A DNA stretch of 64,000 bases, from contig CAZBMF010000001.1 in NCBI GenBank assembly GCA_964492925.1, positions 3,452 to 67,451 on the forward strand, given 5' to 3'. Below the pieces are notes generated by a model, which was not told the origin of the DNA, made no database searches, and worked only from the letters and a program-made list of their open reading frames with translations. Origin of the DNA: an uncultured Rhizobium sp. GTDB lineage: Bacteria; Bacteroidota; Bacteroidia; NS11-12g; UBA955. Positions 31,029 to 40,907 of the stretch are shown here, piece after piece (position 1 is the first letter of the stretch; the number at the start of each line of letters is the position of its first letter). The position numbers and the translations under genes were made by a program.

Positions 31029-31805
31029 GTGAAGATTTTCAATAAGATAATTGGATATATACTGGTAATAACTTTGATTGCTTCATGCGGTGGCAGCAAA
31101 GATTTGGTGTATTTGAAAGGAATTTCCGATACATTGGCCATTGATTCCGTTTTTACCAAACCTTTAACCATTAAATCTGGTGATCAACTATCGATATCGT
31201 TGTCGAGTTTAAATTCAGAAGCCGATGCCATTATCAATCAATCCAATTCAGGAGGAGGAGCATCAAATTCTGTAGGGGGTTCTGGAGCAAATGTGGTGGG
31301 TTATTTTGTGAGCGAAAATGGAACAATTAACATGCCCAGATTGGGGTCTATTTATGTTGAGGGTAAAACGCACAACGAGTTGAAAGACATGTTGCAAGTG
31401 ATGTTGGAACCTTATACCAAAAACCCAATTGTAAATGTAAGGTTGCTCAATTATCAAATTACCGTTTTGGGTGAGGTTGCTAGGCCTGGACAAATTACCA
31501 TTACAACACCTCAAGCCGATATTTTACAAGTGATGGGTTTGGCAGGTGATATTACACCCTATGGCAGAAGAGACAATATATTGTTGATTCGTAAAGATGG
31601 CAACAACAGAGTTGTTAAACGTTTAAATTTAACAGATCCTAATTTGTTTAAGAGTGCCTATTTTCAACTTCAACCTGGAGATTTTGTTTATGTTGAACCA
31701 AATAAAACAAAGTTGAATTCCACAAGTTTGGGTTTCCAAATATGGCCATTGGTAACGAGTGGTTTATCATTGATGGTTGTGATATTTTCAGTTTTAATGA
31801 GATAA
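31029..31805 (+). CDS. wza: Outer-membrane polysaccharide export lipoprotein (Wza/BexD family)
   Basis: GTG start. Lipoprotein signal 'LVITLIASCGG'. The PES motif region 'GDQLSISL' and 'YFVSENGTINMPRLGSIYVEGKTHNELKDML' are typical of Poly_export and SLBB domains. Confidence 0.85.
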   Translation: MKIFNKIIGYILVITLIASCGGSKDLVYLKGISDTLAIDSVFTKPLTIKSGDQLSISLSSLNSEADAIINQSNSGGGASNSVGGSGANVVGYFVSENGTINMPRLGSIYVEGKTHNELKDMLQVMLEPYTKNPIVNVRLLNYQITVLGEVARPGQITITTPQADILQVMGLAGDITPYGRRDNILLIRKDGNNRVVKRLNLTDPNLFKSAYFQLQPGDFVYVEPNKTKLNSTSLGFQIWPLVTSGLSLMVVIFSVLMR

Positions 31806-31808
31806 AGA

Positions 31809-34190
31809 ATGGATTCAAAAGAAAAACACATTGGTACTAAAAATGATCCATTTGATCTTATCAAACGGATCATTTTTGCTTATTGGCCTGTATATTTAAT
31901 TTCTATATTATTGTCATTGTTTATTGCCAAAAACATTATAAAATATACATCTCCAAATTTTGAAATTTATGCGAAGGTTTTAATCAAAGATGAAGAAGGA
32001 AATTCAGCGGGTAAAGATATTCTTAAAGAAATGGATATGTTTTCAAAACAAAAATCCATTGATAATGAAATTGAAATTATTGGTTCTAGGTTGATTGCGA
32101 AGCAAGTAGCATTAAATATAAAATCATACGTAAAAATCTTTGGAAAGGGTAAAGTGCAAACATTGTTACAGGATTTGAAATTTCCTGTAAAGTTTGAAGC
32201 TTTGCTCATAGACTCAATGCCCACTTCTAGGGAAATGGAAATGAAAATAATTAAGGGTAAAAACCCAAAAATTGTGATTGATGGAAAAACCTACAGACCA
32301 ATCAATCAGATTATTTCCATTCGTAAATTTCAATTTTTAATGAAAGTTGATTCGGCAGCGTTAAACAAACTGCAATTTGAGAATTACATGTTGCAATTTA
32401 ACTCATTAGAAAGTGAAATTAACTCATTGTTGGCTTCATTGATAGTTGCATCAACTGGTCGTAAAACTACCATTATGGGTTTGCGATTCAAATCTGAAAA
32501 CATTTCATTGGGTCGTGATATTCTAAATGAATTTATTAGGGTTTATACATCCAAAGCAGTAGACGAAAAGAGGGAAATTGCGCAATATACGTTGAACTTT
32601 ATCAATGATCGATTAAAACTCCTAAGTGATGAATTGGCGAGTGTAGAAAAGAATATTGAAAATTTCAAAGAAGAAACCGGTTTGATGAATATATCTACTC
32701 AAGCCGAGAATTATCTGCAAGTTGTGAGAGCCACAGATGTTGAAATTTCAAAAGCAAAAATCCAACTATCAATTCTCGACAATATTGAAACCTACATACA
32801 AGGCAAAGGAAATAATCCAGGTGCAGCGCCTTCATTAATGGGATTTGAAGAACCTTTGTTGGTTTCTTTGTTAAGTAATTTGTATGATTTAGAGTTTGAA
32901 TTAAACAAATCGGGCAAAGTGTCTGGGTATAGAGATGAAAAATACACAGCCATTATTGACGAAATAAGCAATTTAAAGAAAAGTATTCGCGAAAATATTG
33001 AGAGCACAAGAAAGAATTTACATACCAAAATCAAACAACTGAATCTTGAAATAGATAAAAATAAATTTCAATTTAAAGGTTTGCCAAAAAACGAAAGAAT
33101 ATTGGTGGACATAAGTAGACAGCAAAATGTTAAAAACGAAATTTACACTTATTTGTTGGAAAAACGAGAAGAATCAGCAATTTCTTATGCGTCTACAGTT
33201 TCAGATATCAGGGTCATTGAATGGGCTTATGGAGGCACTTTAATCTCTCCTAAATCGAACCTAATCTACGGTCAATGGTTTACCTATGGTTTGTTTATAC
33301 CTTTATTGTTTTTTGCCTTTAGAATATTGTTGAATCCTAAGGTTTTGGTAAAAAAAGATATAACAGATTTCACCAAAGTTCCAATTGTAGCGGAATTAAT
33401 ATTTGATAAAGAAAGGCGAAAATTTGTAATTGGAGCGAAAGATCGAAGTTTTTTAAGTGAAACTTTACGCAGTATTCGAACTAAATTATCATACTTTAAA
33501 TTTGAAACAGAAACCAAAGTCATCATGGTAACTTCGTCGATTCCGAATGAAGGAAAAAGTTTCTTAACCCTAAATTTGGGATTGTCGTATAGTTTATCTG
33601 GGAAAAAAGTACTCTTAATTGGTGCTGATTTGAGGAAGCCGGTTTTACACAAGGCATTTGAAATTTCTGGTAGTAAGGGATTGTCAAATTTCTTGGCAAA
33701 TTCATTGAGCTTAAAAGATGTAATCTTCCAGACTAAATTTGAAAATGTTTCTATTATTCCAAGTGGTCCCGTCCCTCCAAATCCTTCCGAACTAATTGAT
33801 GGTGAAATATTTGATCATCTTCTAGAGGAATTAAAAAAAGATTATGATGTAATTATCATCGATACGCCACCATTGGGTTTGGTTACAGACGCACTCATCA
33901 TAGCACCCAAAACAGATATTCAAATATTTATGGTAAGGCAAGATGTAACGCCAAAAGAAGCAATTGCCAATATTATCGACAAGCATACGAGTCACGATAA
34001 TTTTAAGCAGCCAATGATCATTTTCAATGGAATTAAGCCTAAAGGAATTTGGACAGGTAAGAAATACGGTTCTTCATACTATGGTTATGGCTATGGGTAT
34101 GGATACGGGTATGGGGCTTATGGTTATTATGGTTCAAGAAATAAAACTGGATATGCTTTTGTTTTGAAAAACTTATTCCGAAGAAAATGA
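31809..34190 (+). CDS. wzc: Polysaccharide co-polymerase / BY-tyrosine autokinase (Wzc/GumC-like) with a C-terminal Tyr-Gly cluster
   Basis: 793 aa. N-terminal Wzz-like domain with two TM segments. Walker A 'SSIPNEGKSFLTLNLG', A' 'LLIGADLRKP' and Walker B 'DVIIIDTPP'. C-terminal 'YYGYGYGYGYGYGAYGYYG' tyrosine cluster. Confidence 0.85.
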   Translation: MDSKEKHIGTKNDPFDLIKRIIFAYWPVYLISILLSLFIAKNIIKYTSPNFEIYAKVLIKDEEGNSAGKDILKEMDMFSKQKSIDNEIEIIGSRLIAKQVALNIKSYVKIFGKGKVQTLLQDLKFPVKFEALLIDSMPTSREMEMKIIKGKNPKIVIDGKTYRPINQIISIRKFQFLMKVDSAALNKLQFENYMLQFNSLESEINSLLASLIVASTGRKTTIMGLRFKSENISLGRDILNEFIRVYTSKAVDEKREIAQYTLNFINDRLKLLSDELASVEKNIENFKEETGLMNISTQAENYLQVVRATDVEISKAKIQLSILDNIETYIQGKGNNPGAAPSLMGFEEPLLVSLLSNLYDLEFELNKSGKVSGYRDEKYTAIIDEISNLKKSIRENIESTRKNLHTKIKQLNLEIDKNKFQFKGLPKNERILVDISRQQNVKNEIYTYLLEKREESAISYASTVSDIRVIEWAYGGTLISPKSNLIYGQWFTYGLFIPLLFFAFRILLNPKVLVKKDITDFTKVPIVAELIFDKERRKFVIGAKDRSFLSETLRSIRTKLSYFKFETETKVIMVTSSIPNEGKSFLTLNLGLSYSLSGKKVLLIGADLRKPVLHKAFEISGSKGLSNFLANSLSLKDVIFQTKFENVSIIPSGPVPPNPSELIDGEIFDHLLEELKKDYDVIIIDTPPLGLVTDALIIAPKTDIQIFMVRQDVTPKEAIANIIDKHTSHDNFKQPMIIFNGIKPKGIWTGKKYGSSYYGYGYGYGYGYGAYGYYGSRNKTGYAFVLKNLFRRK
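34081..34137 (+). repeat. Short tandem (tat/tac-ggN)n hexanucleotide repeat encoding the Wzc Tyr-Gly tail
   Basis: tat ggt tat ggc tat ggg tat gga tac ggg tat ggg ... is an imperfect 6-bp microsatellite inside the coding sequence. Confidence 0.5.
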
Positions 34191-35446
34191 TTCAATCTTT
34201 TATAAACAGAAGTTTTACACAACTTCTAACACTTTTTCTGCTTTTTAGCTTGGTACTGTTCAAATTGTCTGGAGTAATCATGTATATTGATTCTTACGGA
34301 TACATTGAAAATCATATCATAAGGTCAGCTGTTTATCCGCTTTTTTTGGATTTTTTGAGCTTTGATCAATCACATACAATTGTGGTTTTCATTCAAATGT
34401 TCCTTACGGCTTTTTCCCTATCGTATTTTGCCAAATTGAACAAGTTTATATTTGAAAATGTATGGATTTACTGTGCATATATGGTTTTTGGATTTATTAT
34501 CATTGGTAATTTTTCAAATGCTGTAATATCTGAAGCACTCGCGATTCCCTTTTTCATCTTTTTCCTTTCAAAATTTATTTTAATCTTGAAAAGTGAGTAT
34601 ACCACCAAAACGTATATTGAAACGATTTTGTGGCTTACTGTAATTATTTCAATAAGAAATCAATTTGTGTTTTTACTGCCTGTTTTCGCTTTGGCGCTTC
34701 TCATTATTAAGCCTAAACCAGCAAAGAAAATTTATTTTGTAGGATTGTTGATCCCTATTTTACTCAATACCATTGTTGATAGAACATACCATCAATTTAA
34801 GCATAATCACTTTATAGCAACACCCTATACTGGTATGCAAATTTTACCTTCGGTATTATTTAATGCAAATCTGTCTGATTCTGTAATATTTACAGATAAA
34901 AATGAGAGAAAAGACTTTGTTTACTTGAAACAACAATTACTGGATAAGTATATTGATCACCAAAAAATGGATACAATATTGGGAAATAGTCCTCAATATC
35001 TGTTCACAGTTTTTTTCGATGTAATTGCGCACCGTACAATTAAACCATATTATTTGGATCAACTCAAACATTTAAATCAATACGACCAATATGTTACAAT
35101 GGATGAAAAAGGGAAACATATGTATTTCTTATTATTCAAGAAAAATTTAAAGTCTAACGTATTGTTCTATTTTAACCTAATTAGATTGAATGGTTATAAC
35201 AACTGGTTGATTTTTATCATTTTTGTTTTCGTGATTTTATTTACTTTATTTCATTATTTGAAATTTGGCAAATGGGAATTTCTTTTGATATTTATTTCAT
35301 TAACTGCATTACTAATGAATCAATCTTTAGTGACATTAGTGAACATCATTGGATATCGATACGTGGTTTATAATTACATTTTCATTTTTTACGTAATGTT
35401 ACATATTCTCAATCAATCAACTTTAAATCTTAAATCTCAAAATTAA
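34187..35446 (+). CDS. Polytopic integral membrane protein of unknown function (possible GT-C-type glycosyltransferase or ligase/polymerase-like)
   Basis: 419 aa, about 10-12 hydrophobic helices, Phe/Ile-rich. Acidic 'YIDSYGY' segment in the first predicted loop. No motif I can assign confidently. Confidence 0.4.
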   Translation: MIQSFINRSFTQLLTLFLLFSLVLFKLSGVIMYIDSYGYIENHIIRSAVYPLFLDFLSFDQSHTIVVFIQMFLTAFSLSYFAKLNKFIFENVWIYCAYMVFGFIIIGNFSNAVISEALAIPFFIFFLSKFILILKSEYTTKTYIETILWLTVIISIRNQFVFLLPVFALALLIIKPKPAKKIYFVGLLIPILLNTIVDRTYHQFKHNHFIATPYTGMQILPSVLFNANLSDSVIFTDKNERKDFVYLKQQLLDKYIDHQKMDTILGNSPQYLFTVFFDVIAHRTIKPYYLDQLKHLNQYDQYVTMDEKGKHMYFLLFKKNLKSNVLFYFNLIRLNGYNNWLIFIIFVFVILFTLFHYLKFGKWEFLLIFISLTALLMNQSLVTLVNIIGYRYVVYNYIFIFYVMLHILNQSTLNLKSQN

Positions 35447-36216
35447 TGAAGGTAGTACTTTTAGCCGGTGGATTAGGTACCCGATTATCGGAAGAAACAG
35501 ACACAAAGCCAAAACCCATGGTAGAAATTGGTGGGAAACCCATTTTATGGCATATCATGAAAATCTATAGCCAATATGGATTTAATGAATTTATTGTATG
35601 TTTGGGATATAAGGGTTATGTAATAAAAGAGTATTTTGCTAATTACTTTAGACATCAGTCCGATATTACCATTGATTTAAAAAACAATACCACTGAAATT
35701 CATAACTCGCAGGCCGAACCTTGGAAGATTTCATTGATTGATACCGGTATTGCAACAATGACGGGTGGTAGAATTAAAAGAATTCAAAAATATATTGGAA
35801 ATGAACCCTTTTTATTGACCTATGGTGATGGAGTTTCAGATATCAATATTCAAGAATTAATTGACTTTCATCAACAAAGTAATCACCTATTAACGGTTTC
35901 ATCGATACAGCCTACAGGTCGCTTTGGTGCTTTGGAAATTGATGAAAATCAAATGGTTAAAAAATTCGTCGAAAAACCTAAGGGTGATGGCGCTTGGATA
36001 AATGCTGGTTTTTTTGTTTGTGAACCGGGAATCTTTGATTTTATTGGTGGTGATGATACAATTTTTGAAAAAGAACCACTCGAAAAAATTGCTGAGTTAA
36101 ATCAATTAAAAGCGTTCAAACATGAAGGTTTCTGGAAGCCTATGGATAGTATGCGCGATAAATATGAACTTGAAAGTTTATGGCAATCAAATAAAGCTCC
36201 ATGGAAAACTTGGTAA
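35446..36216 (+). CDS. rfbF: Glucose-1-phosphate cytidylyltransferase
   Basis: 'LAGGLGTRLSEETDTKPKPMVEIGGKPILWHIMKIYSQYGFNEFIVCLGYKG' is near-canonical RfbF/DdhA. Confidence 0.9.
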   Translation: MKVVLLAGGLGTRLSEETDTKPKPMVEIGGKPILWHIMKIYSQYGFNEFIVCLGYKGYVIKEYFANYFRHQSDITIDLKNNTTEIHNSQAEPWKISLIDTGIATMTGGRIKRIQKYIGNEPFLLTYGDGVSDINIQELIDFHQQSNHLLTVSSIQPTGRFGALEIDENQMVKKFVEKPKGDGAWINAGFFVCEPGIFDFIGGDDTIFEKEPLEKIAELNQLKAFKHEGFWKPMDSMRDKYELESLWQSNKAPWKTW

Positions 36217-37277
36217 ATCAAACAATTTTAAATCAATTTACAAATAAAAAAATAGTCATAACCGGACATACGGGATTTAAAGGTGCTTGGCTAGCACAAT
36301 TGTTATTAAATGTTACACAAAACATTAAAGGAATTGCATTAAAACCCAATACTTCTCCTAATTTATTTGATTCCCTCAATTTAGAAAAGAAACTTGATAG
36401 CGTATTTGCCGATATCAATGATTTTGAAAATCTTGAAAAACAAATTTTATCATTTGAGCCAGATTATATTTTTCATTTAGCAGCCCAACCGCTTGTGAGG
36501 TATTCATATGTGCATACTTTAGAAACCTATAAAACCAATGTAATTGGAACCGCCAATATTCTCGAGTCTTGTAAGAAATTGACAAATCCTTGTGTGGTAG
36601 TTTGTATTACAACTGATAAAGTGTACCACAATAAAGAAGAGCATTATGCCTACAGTGAAGGTGATCATTTGGGGGGACATGATCCATATTCTTCAAGTAA
36701 AGCGGCGGCAGAATTAATAATTGATAGCTATAGAAAATCGTTTTTTTCTGAAGGACATATACAAGTGGCAAGTGCCAGAGCGGGAAATGTTATTGGAGGC
36801 GGTGATTGGTCTGATGATAGATTGGTGCCCGATATTGTAAAATCGATACAGAAAAATTCCAAAATTATTTTAAGAAATCCTTCATCTGTTCGTCCTTGGC
36901 AACATGTTTTAGATCCACTATTTGGATATTTAATATTGGCTGCAAAAATGAACTTAAATCCTCACCAATTTACAGAGGCATGGAATTTTGGTCCTAATAA
37001 TGGCGAAGAAAAAACAGTTTCTGAAGTTGTTAATATATTTTATGAAACTTATGGATTAGAGCCTGAGGTAAATGTGCAAAATTTAAACGAACCTCACGAG
37101 GCTAACTTATTGATGTTGAATATCAATAAGGCAAAATCAATATTGGGTTGGCAACCAACTTGGAATACTACACGAGCAATCAAAGAAACAGCGTTTTGGT
37201 ATAAATCTTTAAACCTGAACAATGCTGAGTTTTTGGTAAACAAACAAATAAAGACTTTTCTTTCTAATGAACTTTGA
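36201..37277 (+). CDS. rfbG: CDP-glucose 4,6-dehydratase
   Basis: '[12 protein letters not shown]' and the 'YSSSKAAAE' YxxxK motif. Gene order follows rfbF. Confidence 0.9.
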   Translation: MENLVNQTILNQFTNKKIVITGHTGFKGAWLAQLLLNVTQNIKGIALKPNTSPNLFDSLNLEKKLDSVFADINDFENLEKQILSFEPDYIFHLAAQPLVRYSYVHTLETYKTNVIGTANILESCKKLTNPCVVVCITTDKVYHNKEEHYAYSEGDHLGGHDPYSSSKAAAELIIDSYRKSFFSEGHIQVASARAGNVIGGGDWSDDRLVPDIVKSIQKNSKIILRNPSSVRPWQHVLDPLFGYLILAAKMNLNPHQFTEAWNFGPNNGEEKTVSEVVNIFYETYGLEPEVNVQNLNEPHEANLLMLNINKAKSILGWQPTWNTTRAIKETAFWYKSLNLNNAEFLVNKQIKTFLSNEL

Positions 37278-38577
37278 TTATAAAAACATTCAATCTGATG
37301 ATTTAAAACAAAAATTATCAGAAATTATCTCTCAAAACATTCATCAATCTATTATTCCAGGGCAGCATTATATACCTGTTACTGGAAAAGTATTAGATGT
37401 AGATGATATCTTACACGGTGTAGATGCAACATTAGATGCTTGGTTAACTACAGGAAGATACGCAAAGGATTTTGAAAAAGATTTCGCAGCCTATTTTGGT
37501 AGTAAAGCATCTGTGCTTGTAAATTCAGGATCCTCGGCAAATCTCGTTGCTTTTTACGCTTTAACAAGTCCTAAATTGGGCGAAAGAGCCATTAAACCAG
37601 GCGATGAAGTTATTACTGTTGCTGCAGGATTTCCAACCACAATCAATCCGATGATACAATTTGGTTGTGTGCCTGTTTTTCTCGACATAGATATCCCTGC
37701 TTATAATATTGATGTTACTCATCTAGAGAAAGCTATTTCCCCAAAAACAAAAGCAATTATGATTGCTCATTCTTTAGGTAATCCATTTAATCTTGAAGCC
37801 GTAAAAGCGATTGCTGATAAATATAATTTATGGTTAATTGAAGATGATTGCGACTCATTGGGAGCTACCTATAATGGTCAAAAAACTGGAACCTTTGGTG
37901 ATCTTGCAACTGTTTCATTTTACCCAGCGCATCATATCACGATGGGTGAGGGAGGTGCAGTTTTGGTTAACAATATAAAATTATTGAGACCAGCATGGAG
38001 TTTTAGAGATTGGGGTAGAGATTGTTACTGTGAACCTGGTAAAGACAATACTTGCGGAAGGAGATTTGATTGGCAGTTAGGACAATTACCATGTGGATAT
38101 GACCATAAATACACGTATAGTCATATTGGTTTTAACTTAAAGGTAACTGATACACAAGCTGCAATTGGTTTGAATCAACTGAGGAAGGCCGATCAATTTG
38201 TTGCAAAGCGTCGTGAAAATCATAAAATGTTATATGATTTAATGAAACCTTTGGAAGACTATTTTATTTTACCTGAGGCAACACCAAATTCTAATCCATC
38301 ATGGTTTGGTTTTATGCTAACAGTGAGGGAAGGTTCAAATATTGATCGCAATGAATTGGTAAAATATTTAGAAGAACATAAAATTGGTACCAGATTGTTT
38401 TTTGGAGGAAATATGTTAAAACAGCCGGCCTATGAGCATATTAATCATAGGGTTGTAGGAAGTTTAACAAATTGCGACGTGGTAATGAACCATTCATTCT
38501 GGTTGGGTGTATGGCCTGGATTAAATCAAGAACATTTTGAATATATTGTAAAAACAATAAAAGAGTTTATTGGATGA
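37267..38577 (+). CDS. rfbH: CDP-4-keto-6-deoxy-D-glucose 3-dehydrase (E1, RfbH/DdhC), PMP-dependent with a [2Fe-2S] motif
   Basis: DegT-fold. His replaces the usual PLP-Lys ('[15 protein letters not shown]'). Cys motif C-X-C-X7-C ('[11 protein letters not shown]') matches E1 of the 3,6-dideoxyhexose pathway. Confidence 0.9.
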   Translation: MNFDYKNIQSDDLKQKLSEIISQNIHQSIIPGQHYIPVTGKVLDVDDILHGVDATLDAWLTTGRYAKDFEKDFAAYFGSKASVLVNSGSSANLVAFYALTSPKLGERAIKPGDEVITVAAGFPTTINPMIQFGCVPVFLDIDIPAYNIDVTHLEKAISPKTKAIMIAHSLGNPFNLEAVKAIADKYNLWLIEDDCDSLGATYNGQKTGTFGDLATVSFYPAHHITMGEGGAVLVNNIKLLRPAWSFRDWGRDCYCEPGKDNTCGRRFDWQLGQLPCGYDHKYTYSHIGFNLKVTDTQAAIGLNQLRKADQFVAKRRENHKMLYDLMKPLEDYFILPEATPNSNPSWFGFMLTVREGSNIDRNELVKYLEEHKIGTRLFFGGNMLKQPAYEHINHRVVGSLTNCDVVMNHSFWLGVWPGLNQEHFEYIVKTIKEFIG

Positions 38578-39110
38578 ATAATGCACTCGAGCAAATAACC
38601 GAAGGTTTATACAAAATTAATCATCGATTTGCTGAAGATAACAGAGGAAATTTCACAAAAATTTTTCAGTTTTCTAATTTGCCTATTGAGGATTCATCTG
38701 TTTCATTTGTTGAGAGTTATATAACAGAATCTCATGCCAATGTTATTAGAGGGATGCATTTTCAAACACCTCCATTTGATCATTGGAAATTGGTGACAGT
38801 TTTAAATGGGACTATTGTTGATGTAGTTTTAGATTTGAGAAAAGGAGATGGATTTGGGAAATATTATTCATTTCAATTAGATGAAAATAGTAAATTTTCT
38901 TTATTGATCGCTCCTGGATTTGCCCATGGATTTAAATCAATGGAAGATCATACCAAATTGATATATCATGTATCTTCAGAATATTCGGCACAACATGATT
39001 TTGGTATCCGTTATAATAGTTTTGGTTTTGATTGGAACTGTGAAAACCCGATAATGTCGGAGCGAGATAATAACTTTATACCATTTTCACAATATTTGTC
39101 ACCATTTTGA
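38574..39110 (+). CDS. RmlC-like cupin sugar-nucleotide 3,5- or 5-epimerase (AscE/RmlC family)
   Basis: 178 aa. '[31 protein letters not shown]' and '[12 protein letters not shown]' resemble the dTDP-4-dehydrorhamnose 3,5-epimerase fold. Confidence 0.75.
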   Translation: MNNALEQITEGLYKINHRFAEDNRGNFTKIFQFSNLPIEDSSVSFVESYITESHANVIRGMHFQTPPFDHWKLVTVLNGTIVDVVLDLRKGDGFGKYYSFQLDENSKFSLLIAPGFAHGFKSMEDHTKLIYHVSSEYSAQHDFGIRYNSFGFDWNCENPIMSERDNNFIPFSQYLSPF

Positions 39111-39943
39111 AAAAAGTACTTATAACTGGCGCAACAGGATTTATTGGGTCAAATTTATTATCGAAGTTACAAGATGAAATAGACATCAGTGTTCTAGCAT
39201 TAAAGAGAAGTAGCTCTTCCGGACCAGTATTCCAATTAAATAAAGAACCAGAATGGTTGAGTTCTGAATTGGAAAATGTGCAATCAGAATCGCTTAAATC
39301 AGTTGAAATATTAGTCCATCTTGCTGCACATTCTGCCAATACTCCATACGATAACTTAGAAAATTGTATCAAGTATAATTATGAAAATCCTATTCTGTTA
39401 TTTCAAAAAGCATACGAAAATGGCATTAAAAGGTTCATCGTAACAGGTACTTGTTTTGAGTATGGTGAGTCTTGTAATCATTATGATTATTTACCTACAG
39501 ATGCTCCTTTGATTCCAAATAATTCATATGCGCAATCTAAAACAATGTTTTTTAATTGGTTAAAGGATTGGTGTGTAGGCAAAGAAATTCAAATAGTATA
39601 TCTACGTTTATTTCAAGTTTTTGGACCTGGTGAACAAAGCTCAAGGTTATGGCCTATGATTATCGATTCTGCTCAACAAAATAAAGACATTATTTTATCG
39701 CCTGGTGAACAGATTAGGGATTTTATTCATGTAAATGATGTAGTTTCAAAAATATTGGATAAGATAAAGGAAGAAAAAGTAAGTTGGGGTCTTTTATCAG
39801 AAAATGTAGGCACCGGACATGGAATTACGGTTCGTGAATTTGTTGAAAGATGGTATAATTCACTAGATGGAAAAGGAAAATTAAAATTCGGCGAATTGCC
39901 TTATAAGCCTGGTGAATATATGAGAATTGTTGCAAAACTTTGA
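39107..39943 (+). CDS. NAD-dependent epimerase/dehydratase-family SDR (putative CDP-4-keto-3,6-dideoxyhexose 4-reductase)
   Basis: 'ITGATGFIGSNLLSKL' Rossmann and the 'YAQSK' YxxxK motif. Position directly after the E1 and epimerase genes. Confidence 0.7.
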   Translation: MKKVLITGATGFIGSNLLSKLQDEIDISVLALKRSSSSGPVFQLNKEPEWLSSELENVQSESLKSVEILVHLAAHSANTPYDNLENCIKYNYENPILLFQKAYENGIKRFIVTGTCFEYGESCNHYDYLPTDAPLIPNNSYAQSKTMFFNWLKDWCVGKEIQIVYLRLFQVFGPGEQSSRLWPMIIDSAQQNKDIILSPGEQIRDFIHVNDVVSKILDKIKEEKVSWGLLSENVGTGHGITVREFVERWYNSLDGKGKLKFGELPYKPGEYMRIVAKL

Positions 39944-39980
39944 TCTATTATATGAGTATTAAATTTAGAAGTATTATTTT

Positions 39981-40907
39981 TTGATGAATTTAGTTACTGT
40001 TTGTTTACCAGTTTTTGAGCGATATGATTTTTTTGAGAACGCTGTTAATTCAGTTTTAAATCAAACAGTTGGTTGCCAAATATTGGTTTGCGATAATGCA
40101 TCTAGTCATAATTTATTTCAGCAATATTGTGTAGAAAAAAATATTAGATACCATAGAAATGAAACAAATATTGGGTTATTTAATAATTGGAACCGTTGTG
40201 CAGAACTTTGTGATACAGAATATTTTGTGCTTTTATCTGACGATGATTTCCTTGAACCTGATTTTATTGAATCTTTCTATAAAAATTTGAAAACTTTTTC
40301 AAATTTGGATATTTATTATTCAAATTTTAAAATTTATGAGTTTTCAACTGGTGAATATTCTCATCATGATCATCGTATTCCATTCGGATATTTTGAAAAT
40401 ACAAAGGAAATACTAAAATATGGTTTAGAATTTGGGTTGTCATTTCCAGTTTTTGCGAGTGTAATCAGAAAAAGTATTTTTAGTGGCTTTGAAAACAATT
40501 TCCATACCAGTGCAGATTGGTTGTGGATGTATTCACATACCAGAACATTAAAAGTTTATGGAAATTCAGAATTTAAAATAAATAGAGGTAGCCATACCTC
40601 AAACGATTCTAAAAATTCAGAGACCGCAATAAGGTGCATTTTTGCAATTTCTTTCATCTATGGAAAATACTTAAATAAAGAATTGAAAAATGAAGGAATA
40701 AAATTTAGATTTTTATCTTTTGTTCGATCTCTTGCCTGTGTGGTTGATCTTTACGCATACAATGATATTGATTTGATAAATAAAATATTGTATAATGAGC
40801 ATAATAAATACAATTCTATTGTGATTAAATATAATTGCATTAAATTTTTGCCTAAAATTATTTTGAAAATCGCATATAAGTTTTATTTTAAAAAATACTA
40901 TGGATAA
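39981..40907 (+). CDS. Glycosyltransferase family 2
   Basis: 'VTVCLPVFERYDFFENAVNSVLNQT...ILVCDNAS' and the DxD-like 'LLSDDDF'. Confidence 0.8.
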   Translation: MMNLVTVCLPVFERYDFFENAVNSVLNQTVGCQILVCDNASSHNLFQQYCVEKNIRYHRNETNIGLFNNWNRCAELCDTEYFVLLSDDDFLEPDFIESFYKNLKTFSNLDIYYSNFKIYEFSTGEYSHHDHRIPFGYFENTKEILKYGLEFGLSFPVFASVIRKSIFSGFENNFHTSADWLWMYSHTRTLKVYGNSEFKINRGSHTSNDSKNSETAIRCIFAISFIYGKYLNKELKNEGIKFRFLSFVRSLACVVDLYAYNDIDLINKILYNEHNKYNSIVIKYNCIKFLPKIILKIAYKFYFKKYYG

